DNA of 64,000 nucleotides from contig CAKUIK010000003.1 of assembly GCA_934661005.1 (NCBI GenBank), positions 998 through 64,997 of the forward strand, in the 5' to 3' direction. The translations under genes were made by a program, and so were the position numbers. The notes beneath the pieces are model-generated. The model had not been told where the DNA came from and did not search any database. It was given only the letters and a program-made list of their open reading frames with translations. This DNA comes from an uncultured Slackia sp. (GTDB lineage Bacteria; Actinomycetota; Coriobacteriia; Coriobacteriales; Eggerthellaceae). Shown in pieces: positions 45,181-53,155 of the stretch (position 1 is the stretch's first letter; the number at the start of each line of letters is the position of its first letter).

Positions 45181-45337
45181 TTCGCTCGGAACGCGCCGAG
45201 CGGCTCCGCTTGGAGCCACGGCTCGCTACCGTTCGCTTCGCTTACTATGCGCTCGCCTGGCTGCGCTTAGCTTTGGACTAAAGCAAATTTGAGCGCAGAC
45301 GGCTCCAATCAGAGCCGCCCGGCGCGTTCCGAGCGAA
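45181..45337 (-). repeat. Structured intergenic element, copy C (opposite orientation)
   Basis: 26-nt inverted arms 45181-45206 / 45312-45337 (25/26). On the minus strand it has inner hairpin CTGCGC...GCGCAG and core GAGCGCATAGTAAGCGAAGCGAACGGTAGCGAGCCGTGG. Confidence 0.6.
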
Positions 45338-45534
45338 GCATTCCCGAACTTGTAAAAAACGATTCGGTTCGAATAGATGTCAGCGAGCGGAATCGTGGTG
45401 TGCCGAATCGGCGTGAAGCCAAGCCGCCGCGTATTGAAAATACGCAAGGTGAAGGCTGAACGTCGAGGCGGCCGCCACAATTCCGCGCAGCGTCGAGCCG
45501 TATCGTTTGCCGAAAGGCAAACGAAAGGATACTA

Positions 45535-45927
45535 ATGCAACTCAATATGCTCAAGGGAAAAATTCACCGTGCTACCGTTGTTCAGGCCGAGCTTGACTAC
45601 GTGGGCAGCATCACCATCGATGAAGACCTCATGGAGGCTTCGGGCATTCTGGAATACGAGAAGGTCCAAATCGTCGATGTGAACAACGGCCAGCGCTTCG
45701 AGACGTATGTCATTGCCGGTGAAGCCGGTTCTGGCATGATTTGCCTGAACGGCGCTGCGGCGCGCAACGTTTCAGTGGGCGACAAGGTCATCATCATGTG
45801 CTATTGCCAGATGTCTCCCGAGGAAGTGTCCTCCAATCCGCCGCGCGTCGTGTTCGTCGACGACGACAATAAGATCGCGCGTGTGACGCGTTACGAAAAA
45901 CATGGTCTTCTGAAAGACATGGAATAG
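45535..45927 (+). CDS. panD: Aspartate 1-decarboxylase
   Basis: [29 protein letters not shown]...NGAAAR. Confidence 0.93.
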   Translation: MQLNMLKGKIHRATVVQAELDYVGSITIDEDLMEASGILEYEKVQIVDVNNGQRFETYVIAGEAGSGMICLNGAAARNVSVGDKVIIMCYCQMSPEEVSSNPPRVVFVDDDNKIARVTRYEKHGLLKDME

Positions 45928-46000
45928 CAGACGGGCCGCGAAAGCGGCCTTCGTTGTTTATAATGCAGTGGTTTGAAAGAGTCGAATGGGGGAGTTCGAT

Positions 46001-46687
46001 ATGGTGAATCGCCAGCGCGATTTGGAGGGCAAGCGGGTTTTGGTAACCGCGGGTCCCACGCAGGAGGCCATTGATCCGGTGCGCTTTATTTCCAATCACT
46101 CTACGGGCCGCATGGGCTACGCCATCGCTGAAGTGGCGCGCGACCGCGGCGCGCAGGTGGTGCTTGTAAGCGGACCTGTTTCGCTCGAGGCGCCCGAAGG
46201 CGTCGAGCTCGTGAACATCGTGAGCGCGCAAGACCTTTTCGATGCCGTGAGTTCTCGCTATCTCGAATGCGACGCCGTTATCGCCGCTGCTGCGGTGGCC
46301 GACTATCGCCCGAAAACGGTTGCCGATAATAAGATGAAGAAAAAAGACGGCGACCTGTCTATCGAACTCGAGCGCACGCCCGATACGCTTTCCTGGCTTG
46401 GCGCACATCGCGTGGCCGAGCAGCGTTTGTGCGGCTTCTCGATGGAAACGTGCAATGTACTCGAAAACTCGCGCGGCAAACTTACGCGCAAGAATGTCGA
46501 TATGATTTGCGCGAACAGCTTGCGCGAGGAAGGCGCTGGCTTCGGCACGGCGACGAATCATCTTACGCTCATCTCTCGAGAGCGCGAGGTCGACCTGCCC
46601 ATGCTTTCGAAGGCCGATGCGGCAGACGCGCTTTTGACGGAGCTGTTCTCGCTTGAGCCGCTTCCTGCATCGACGGAAGGGGAGTAG
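46001..46687 (+). CDS. coaB: Phosphopantothenate--cysteine ligase, stand-alone CoaB domain (no CoaC domain)
   Basis: GKRVLVTAGPTQEAIDPVRFISNHSTGRMGYAIAEVA...DYRP....KIKK pattern. 228 aa. Confidence 0.85.
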   Translation: MVNRQRDLEGKRVLVTAGPTQEAIDPVRFISNHSTGRMGYAIAEVARDRGAQVVLVSGPVSLEAPEGVELVNIVSAQDLFDAVSSRYLECDAVIAAAAVADYRPKTVADNKMKKKDGDLSIELERTPDTLSWLGAHRVAEQRLCGFSMETCNVLENSRGKLTRKNVDMICANSLREEGAGFGTATNHLTLISREREVDLPMLSKADAADALLTELFSLEPLPASTEGE

Positions 46688-46689
46688 TC

Positions 46690-47457
46690 ATGCTGCTTAC
46701 GGTTGATATTGGCAACACCAATGTGGTGATGGGCCTTATGCCTACGCGCGGCGAGCTTGCAAGCCAACTGCGTTTTCCCACCGACAAACGTCGCACGGTG
46801 CGCGAATTCATGGATGGCTTCGAGGCGCTCGTTGCCATGCACGGCTTCGATTTCTCCGATGTGACCGGCGCTGTTGTCTCTTCCGTCGTGCCAGAGCTCA
46901 CGGAATCGGTTGTAGCTTCGGTTCGCGCGAAAACGAACCTCGAGCCGCTTGTGGTGAACTACCAAATGAATTTGGGGTTCTCCATCGACATGGACACGCC
47001 CGAGCGTTTGGGCGTCGACATGATCGCCGATGCGGCGGGCGCCGTGAACGATTACGACGGCGCGCTCGCGATTTTCGACATGGGCACGGCCACCACGTGC
47101 TCGGTGCTCACGAGCGATCGCACGTATATCGGCTCCATCATTTATCCTGGCGTGGTTATTTCGCAGGACGCGCTCACTGCTCAGTGTTCGCAGTTGCCGT
47201 TTATCAAGTTTGAAAAGCCGAAAGGCCTTATTGGCAAGAACACCGTCGAGTGCATGTATTCGGGTGTGCTGTATTCCAATGCGGCCACCATCGATGGCCT
47301 GATCGACCGCATTGCCGATGAACTGGGCGAGCCGGTGACCGCCATTGCGACGGGCGGTGTGAGCCGCATGATCGTTCCCGCATGCCGCCGCGAAATCGTG
47401 CATGACCCGAACCTGTTGCTGAAGGGGCTCTGGGACCTCTATAAGTTGAATGCCTAA
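46690..47457 (+). CDS. coaX: Type III pantothenate kinase
   Basis: MLLTVDIGNTNVVMGL...GVDMIADAAGA...IFDMGTATT...ATGG. Confidence 0.9.
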   Translation: MLLTVDIGNTNVVMGLMPTRGELASQLRFPTDKRRTVREFMDGFEALVAMHGFDFSDVTGAVVSSVVPELTESVVASVRAKTNLEPLVVNYQMNLGFSIDMDTPERLGVDMIADAAGAVNDYDGALAIFDMGTATTCSVLTSDRTYIGSIIYPGVVISQDALTAQCSQLPFIKFEKPKGLIGKNTVECMYSGVLYSNAATIDGLIDRIADELGEPVTAIATGGVSRMIVPACRREIVHDPNLLLKGLWDLYKLNA

Positions 47458-47621
47458 GCTCTTCTCGAAAGTCGTTAAAAGCGCCATGCATCCAGAACTC
47501 GGGCGGAAATCGGTGCTCATCGGTCGTTGGTGGCGAGATTCCGCGCATTGTCTGGGTTTTCTTCACGTGCGTGCGCAAGCTGATACAATGGGGCCACTGC
47601 ATAAGTTGAAAGGACTTACGA

Positions 47622-48248
47622 ATGAATATCGTGTTGTTGGGCGCCCCGGGCGCCGGCAAGGGTACGCAGGCCGCCAAGCTGGTTGAGGAATTCGCCACGC
47701 CTCACATTTCCACGGGCGACATTCTGCGCGCCGCGGTGAAGAACCAGACCGAGCTCGGCAAGAAGGCCAAGGGCTACATGGATGCGGGCGATCTGGTTCC
47801 CGATAGCCTGATCATCGACCTCATGGACGAGCGCCTGCGCGAGCCCGACTGCGAGAAGGGCTTCATTCTCGACGGCTTCCCGCGCACCACGGCTCAGGCT
47901 GTGGCCCTCGACGACATGCTGGCCCGCCTCGAGTGCCCGCTCGACGCAGCGCTGCTCGTCGACGTTGACCCTGAGGTTATCATCAAGCGCCTCACCGAGC
48001 GTCGCTGCTGCAAAGAATGCGGCTACATCGGCACCGCTGCCGATGCCACCTGCCCGAAATGCGACGGCGAGATGTATCAGCGCGACGACGACAACGAGGC
48101 CACGGTTCGCAATCGCCTCGACGTCTACGCCAAGAGCACGAGTCCGCTTATCGACTATTACAAGGGCAAGGGCCTGCTGAAGAGCGTCGACGGCGATCGC
48201 CCGGTCGATACCGTCTACGCCGACGTGAAAGCTCTGCTCGGCCTGTAA
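47622..48248 (+). CDS. adk: Adenylate kinase (zinc-lid type)
   Basis: MNIVLLGAPGAGKGTQA...ISTGDILRAAV...GFILDGFPRT...C-x2-C...C-x2-C lid. Confidence 0.96.
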   Translation: MNIVLLGAPGAGKGTQAAKLVEEFATPHISTGDILRAAVKNQTELGKKAKGYMDAGDLVPDSLIIDLMDERLREPDCEKGFILDGFPRTTAQAVALDDMLARLECPLDAALLVDVDPEVIIKRLTERRCCKECGYIGTAADATCPKCDGEMYQRDDDNEATVRNRLDVYAKSTSPLIDYYKGKGLLKSVDGDRPVDTVYADVKALLGL

Positions 48249-48300
48249 TTCGACTGCTAAACAAAACTGGGACAGTTTCCTCGTAAGTAACTGTCCCACC

Positions 48301-48326
48301 GCGCCTCCTTCGGGAGGCGCTTTTTA
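48301..48326 (+). terminator. Rho-independent terminator after adk
   Basis: GCGCCTCC-ttcg-GGAGGCGC followed by TTTTTA. Confidence 0.85.
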
Positions 48327-48351
48327 TGATTCGAACGAATTGACGAAAACC

Positions 48352-48615
48352 CTAATCGCCGCTGCGATCCATATCATTTTTTAAGTTGTCAATCGAAGCG
48401 ATAATCTCTTTTCCTGCAGCATAAAGGAGCCTTCCATCTTCGGTCGGCTCAATTCTCCCATTTCGTCGTAGGACGAGAGTGGCATTGGTTGTTTTCTCTA
48501 GCGATCTTACGGCTTTCGATATGCCTTCGGGACTCATGTAATGCTTGTCTGCAGCCGCGGCATAGCTGCCCTCGTCAATCGCCGAAATAAAGAAACGTAC
48601 ATGGTCGGTGTTCAA
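48352..48615 (-). pseudogene. LysR-family regulator fragment (N-terminal HTH domain only, 87 aa)
   Basis: VRFFISAIDEGSYAAAADKHYMSPEGISKAVRSLEKTTNATLVLR is a LysR HTH. No effector-binding domain is present. The gene ends 26 nt from the island edge. Confidence 0.6.
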
Positions 48616-48814
48616 TAGGGCCTCCTAAAGTTGATTTTGACATGGCCCATGCGACTCTTCGATTATAGAAGAGTCGCCTGTATCGATGGATTGAATTCGG
48701 CGCATGGCTCATATGCTGTTCGAACGGTTCGCCTTTGCGTTTCTCCAAACGGTTTGTCCGTTCGCCCAAACGTTTGGTTCGCTTCGTAGAACGATTTCTG
48801 CCTTTATGATTCTT

Positions 48815-48844
48815 GTAGGGAAATCGCCATGGAGATTTCCCTAC
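48815..48844. promoter_or_regulatory. 11-bp-arm inverted repeat upstream of the secreted-protein gene
   Basis: GTAGGGAAATC-gccatgga-GATTTCCCTAC. Confidence 0.4.
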
Positions 48845-48871
48845 CGCATGGTTAACAAGAAAGGGGTTACG

Positions 48872-49294
48872 ATGACACAATTGAAGAGGCGGGCTATGGG
48901 TTTTGTTCTTTGCGCTGGTTTTGTTCTTGCGGCATTGCCCGCAACTATTGCCTATGCAGGCAATAGCGCCGATACGCCTTACATTTTTAACTTAGCATAC
49001 AATGCAAGTGCCGATACCGAGTGGAGGGCGAAGTACGACCCCACTTCATCCTATATTAACTGCCAGAGTAACACTGGCGTGACATATGTCCAATCAAACG
49101 GCGCTCAAAAGGGTTCCGTCTACACATGGGGTCCGACGTATCCTGTTGGAATTGGGTCTCAATACCTTATTAATTATGTCTGGGAAAATCGTCCCGAGAA
49201 AGATGTGTCGGCATACTGCTTCCTTCGTTTTCATAATTATGACTACAACAAAGTTGTGAGGACCCAGGGTCTATGGAGTCCCGATAGCGTTTAG
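48872..49294 (+). CDS. Small secreted protein of unknown function (signal peptide, 2 Cys)
   Basis: MTQLKRRAMGFVLCAGFVLAALPATIAYAGNS is a signal peptide. AGAAAGGGG RBS. Confidence 0.6.
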   Translation: MTQLKRRAMGFVLCAGFVLAALPATIAYAGNSADTPYIFNLAYNASADTEWRAKYDPTSSYINCQSNTGVTYVQSNGAQKGSVYTWGPTYPVGIGSQYLINYVWENRPEKDVSAYCFLRFHNYDYNKVVRTQGLWSPDSV

Positions 49295-49350
49295 GCTATT
49301 GGTGCGGGCGTGGGCCACCGCGCCCGCTCGTTTGAAGAACGGGGTGAAGC

Positions 49351-50013
49351 GTGGTATCGGATAGAAAGAGAAAAACAGGGCTGAGAATTCTCCTTCTCGT
49401 CGTCATTCTTGTGTTCTTTTTCGCTTCGGCGGGAAGGATTAAAGGGGTAAACGAGTCAGTGTCGTCTTTGGATTCAGTCGCGGTTTCTGGAAGCTATGAA
49501 GCTGGGCTCGATTTGAAAGAGTATGTTGAGGACGAGAAGATCTCCCTGTCTGGCATGACCGTCGACGCGCAGCTTATTCCCGAAGGAATAACGTATCTTG
49601 TATCTAACGCGCGCATCGAGTCGGAGTCTGACGCTATGGAGGACCATCCGGGGTGGACGGGCGTAACGTATAGCTCAGAATACTTGAAATACGATGAGCC
49701 ACTTTTCTTGTTGGTCGACATAACTATAGAGAACAATACTGGAGATGCGTATCAGCCCGTTTGGCTTAATTTGGAGGCTGGGTCGTGGTCTACGGTGCGT
49801 TATCCCGACCTTATGCTTTTGGAAAACAACGCCAAGGACAAAGCGGATTTTATCGTTGCGGCGGGCGAAACCAGGGTGTTTACGATTCCTTATGAACTGT
49901 GGGAGCCAACTTTTTCTAAAACGCAATGGACCCATGTTTACGCTTTGGACTATTCGCTGACCTGTTTGGACTATCCACGTAAAGTCTTGGTTCATCTTGC
50001 GGTGGGTGATTGA
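49351..50013 (+). CDS. N-terminally membrane-anchored protein with beta-rich extracytoplasmic domain, unknown function
   Basis: RILLLVVILVFFFASAG is the anchor. Its stop overlaps the next gene start. Confidence 0.55.
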   Translation: MVSDRKRKTGLRILLLVVILVFFFASAGRIKGVNESVSSLDSVAVSGSYEAGLDLKEYVEDEKISLSGMTVDAQLIPEGITYLVSNARIESESDAMEDHPGWTGVTYSSEYLKYDEPLFLLVDITIENNTGDAYQPVWLNLEAGSWSTVRYPDLMLLENNAKDKADFIVAAGETRVFTIPYELWEPTFSKTQWTHVYALDYSLTCLDYPRKVLVHLAVGD

Positions 50014-50852
50014 CGTTGCTTATTTTAGCGGTACTTAAAGAGGAATTGCATCGGGCTTTCTGCAATTGGAGGCTTATTGTAGCTTTGCTTGCCGGAATCT
50101 TGATTGTAGGGCTTCATATAATTACGTGCGTCATTCCCGAAGCCAGCAATCAGGAACTATATTTAACGACGACTGGGTACCCCCTGTCCGTTCACAATCG
50201 CTGGATTGGGGGATGGGGCGGGTCGATATTTCCAATGCTTTTCTTCTCGCTTTTGCCGCTTATTGTGTGCATCCCTTTTTCCGATTCCCTTTATATGGAC
50301 TGTCGAAGCGGATATGTGGCGCAGGTCGTGTCGCGCGCATCGAGGTTGAGCTATATTGGAGCAAAATACTTCGCGAGCTTTGCGATTGGCATCGTGGCTT
50401 CGCTCGCCCCCTTGCTTTTTGATTTTTATCTAACGGCTCTTTGGCTGCCATTGACCGCCCCCGATTCCTCGGCTGGTGTATACCCAATTTTTGCATACTC
50501 ACTCTTTAGTGATTTGTTTTATGACAATATTGTGCAATATTATGCAATTTATGCGGCCGTTATTGGCGTGACTTCTGGTCTCCTCGCATGCTTCCCCTTG
50601 GCTCTTGGCTTTGTTTTGCCGAATCGAGGATTGGTTACATGCTCGTCGTTCATGATATGCCTTATTCTGTACTTCATATTTGGTTCGGGCGATTCTGCTT
50701 GGCTTGTCCCTGCGATATTCATGAGGCCTGATCAGCCTGTATGGGGGTATTCCTTCGCACAGATATTGTGTTTTTTAGGCGGGCTGAGTCTAATGGAAGG
50801 GGTCATGCTTGTTATCGAGGGCAGACGGCTCGGACTGAAGGCTTCAGAATGA
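50010..50852 (+). CDS. Polytopic membrane protein, ABC-2-type permease-like
   Basis: 280 aa with about 6 TM helices. ATGA overlap with the next gene. Confidence 0.6.
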   Translation: MTLLILAVLKEELHRAFCNWRLIVALLAGILIVGLHIITCVIPEASNQELYLTTTGYPLSVHNRWIGGWGGSIFPMLFFSLLPLIVCIPFSDSLYMDCRSGYVAQVVSRASRLSYIGAKYFASFAIGIVASLAPLLFDFYLTALWLPLTAPDSSAGVYPIFAYSLFSDLFYDNIVQYYAIYAAVIGVTSGLLACFPLALGFVLPNRGLVTCSSFMICLILYFIFGSGDSAWLVPAIFMRPDQPVWGYSFAQILCFLGGLSLMEGVMLVIEGRRLGLKASE

Positions 50853-52279
50853 CGAGGTTGCGAGATTCGCTCTCCAGCGATTTTTTCCCCGAACAGCGTT
50901 TTGTTCGAATGGTGAGTGCTTCGTTCGCGGTGATCGTCGTCTCGTGCGCGATTAATTCGAGATTAATAGATGGCCTGTTTCGCGGTATCGGAATCAGGGT
51001 GACGCTGTTGGATTATTTGCTTTTCTCGACAGTTCCTCCTTTTGGGTGCATCCCGATCGCTTGGTTTGTCTTGGGGCCGATTGCAATCTTGCTGTTTAAT
51101 TATTCAACGCGATACCTGTACTCAATTCAGGGACGCATTCGTTTTTGTCGCACGACTTGTCGCGAAATGGCTATTTTCACTATTGCGTACGGAGTAATAC
51201 TGCTTGTTGTCGTCGAATTCTTCGTTGCGGCAATGTTTGTGGCGGCATGGCGACGTTATTCATTGCATGGATTCTTTCGAGACGATTCCTTCATGGGATC
51301 TTACTGTCCTTCTGCAGCTGAACACTCGTGGGTGTTCGTCACTATGGTTTTTGTAGCGGATGCGATATGTATTGTTGCTTTGCAGCTCATAGCATTTTTG
51401 GGGTTTAGGCATCTTTTTAAAAAGCCGACAGTGGGATTTACTCTTTGTATAGGCGCGGATTTTGTTATCTGCTACTTGATGCAAATGTTCGGCACGTATT
51501 GCAGCGGCTATGAGGCTGTTGCGTCTGGTTCGGGCGCAATTCTATTTTTTATTGAGGTGCTAGGTGTGGGGTTGCTCTGCCGCGCAGGCTTCTCTGCGTG
51601 TCGCTTTATGAAGAGTGCGGAGGGATTGTCTATGGCGAAAGTCGAAATAAAAGAGCTATCGAAGATAAAACGTGGTAAAGCGTTGCTGCGAGATATCAAT
51701 GCAACATTTGATAGCGGCAAATGTTATGAGCTTCGTGGCGCGAACGGGTCTGGTAAAACAATGCTTCTCTGCGCAATTGCGGGGTTGCTGAAGCCGACAA
51801 CGGGATGTGTGGTGATTGACGGCGAGATTCTTGGGCGTGATATTGAATTTCCTCAGAGCGTGGGAATGCTTATTGAGAAGCCAGGTTTCATCCCGTCTTA
51901 CACCGGCTTCGATAATCTAAAATTACTAGCCTCGATAAGGGGGGCTGCCGGCGGCGAGGACATACGAGACGCGATGCGCAAGGTTGGGCTTAATCCGGAT
52001 GATGAAAGGAAGTACAAGGCTTATTCGCTGGGTATGAAACAGCGTCTAGGCATTGCGTGCGCCATTATGGAAAAGCCCCAAATTGTGTTGCTGGATGAGC
52101 CGCTTAATGCCCTTGACGAGGCGGGCCCGGGTATTGTCTGCGACGTTATCGAGAGATGCAAACGAAATGGGGCGGTTGTGGTTGTCGCAAACCATGAGAA
52201 AGGTGCGCTCGACTCAGTAGTTGATGAGGCAATGCTAATGCGCGAGGGGCAAATATGTCCGGTCGATGGGAGCGACTGA
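50849..52279 (+). CDS. Fusion of N-terminal polytopic membrane domain and C-terminal ABC ATPase
   Basis: ~260 aa of TM helices, then GANGSGKT (Walker A), SLGMKQRLG (signature), IVLLDEP (Walker B), all in one open frame. An internal start at MAKVEIKEL cannot be excluded. Confidence 0.7.
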   Translation: MTRLRDSLSSDFFPEQRFVRMVSASFAVIVVSCAINSRLIDGLFRGIGIRVTLLDYLLFSTVPPFGCIPIAWFVLGPIAILLFNYSTRYLYSIQGRIRFCRTTCREMAIFTIAYGVILLVVVEFFVAAMFVAAWRRYSLHGFFRDDSFMGSYCPSAAEHSWVFVTMVFVADAICIVALQLIAFLGFRHLFKKPTVGFTLCIGADFVICYLMQMFGTYCSGYEAVASGSGAILFFIEVLGVGLLCRAGFSACRFMKSAEGLSMAKVEIKELSKIKRGKALLRDINATFDSGKCYELRGANGSGKTMLLCAIAGLLKPTTGCVVIDGEILGRDIEFPQSVGMLIEKPGFIPSYTGFDNLKLLASIRGAAGGEDIRDAMRKVGLNPDDERKYKAYSLGMKQRLGIACAIMEKPQIVLLDEPLNALDEAGPGIVCDVIERCKRNGAVVVVANHEKGALDSVVDEAMLMREGQICPVDGSD

Positions 52280-53124
52280 TGGTGAAGCGTGGCGTCGTAC
52301 GGTGCTTGGGTCGCATCGTCTGGTACGACGTATGCCGAAGCATTCCCCAATGCATCCCGCTATATTGCGTTTCGTTTGCCGTTCTTGCGGTTCTTGCTGC
52401 ACGATATGATGCAAATGTCGAGCTTATAGGTCTTGCCCCGTCTCCCTCAGAGGTGCTGGCATCGTTTCTTTTGGGATCGAACCCGTTTGACCCAGACGCC
52501 GGAAGCGTTTTTGTCGTGCCGCCCACATGGTTTGCTCTTAATGTCTCCGTTGCTTGCCTCGTTGGTTTTTATCCTTGTTCTGATTATCGCGCGAGCGGAT
52601 GCCAAGTCATTTCTCGATGTCGTTCGACGCAACTTTGGTTTTTGGGCAAAGAGATATGGGCTATGCTGGTTGTATTTATCCTGTATGGCGGATTGCTGAT
52701 TCTATGTGCTGTTTTTGGCGCCGGTAACGGAGGCCTGGATTCAGAAGTCCGTATGAATGTGGTCGCTTTTGACTGGAATGGTGAATCTGTTGATTTAAAC
52801 GTGCTCGAAGCGCTGTGTGTGCAAATAAGCGTTTCGATTGCTCTGAGTATAGTTCAAGTGGCGATCTCGTTGTTGACGGGACCGCCTGTTGCCATGGGCG
52901 TTATCGTTGCGTATTTCATTGCTTCGTGCTTCTTCGGGGGCATTCCGTTTGTTGCCGATTGCGGAATGATTCTACGGTCGTCTTTTTGCGCTCCCAATGG
53001 ATATGATTTCTTGTCGTGTTTGTCGATGTGCCTGTTATCCGCAGCCGTGATAATAGTTACATCGGCAATCGTCCTGCGTAACGTTGATTTTGGGCTGAAT
53101 CTGAAAAACGTCGATACCGAGTGA
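52279..53124 (+). CDS. Polytopic membrane protein, ABC-2-type permease-like
   Basis: 281 aa, multi-TM. TGATG junction with the upstream ATPase gene. Confidence 0.55.
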   Translation: MVKRGVVRCLGRIVWYDVCRSIPQCIPLYCVSFAVLAVLAARYDANVELIGLAPSPSEVLASFLLGSNPFDPDAGSVFVVPPTWFALNVSVACLVGFYPCSDYRASGCQVISRCRSTQLWFLGKEIWAMLVVFILYGGLLILCAVFGAGNGGLDSEVRMNVVAFDWNGESVDLNVLEALCVQISVSIALSIVQVAISLLTGPPVAMGVIVAYFIASCFFGGIPFVADCGMILRSSFCAPNGYDFLSCLSMCLLSAAVIIVTSAIVLRNVDFGLNLKNVDTE

Positions 53125-53155
53125 GTGGATTGTTCCTTTCGGGAGGCGCTTTTTT

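Larger units (their letters stand above)
48327..53132. mobile_element. AT-richer ~4.8-kb island bounded by a ~20-bp direct repeat derived from the adk terminator; no recombinase seen
   Basis: TCCTTCGGGAGGCGCTTTTT (48306-48325) is repeated as TCCTTTCGGGAGGCGCTTTTTT (53134-53155). Base composition between the copies is visibly lower in GC than the flanks. Confidence 0.5.

Noticed and set aside
48327-53132. Island interpreted as a prophage, IS element or integrative element with its own recombinase
   Set aside because: No integrase, transposase, phage structural, relaxase or terminal-inverted-repeat features were found in any frame. It is therefore reported only as a repeat-flanked island of unknown mobility.
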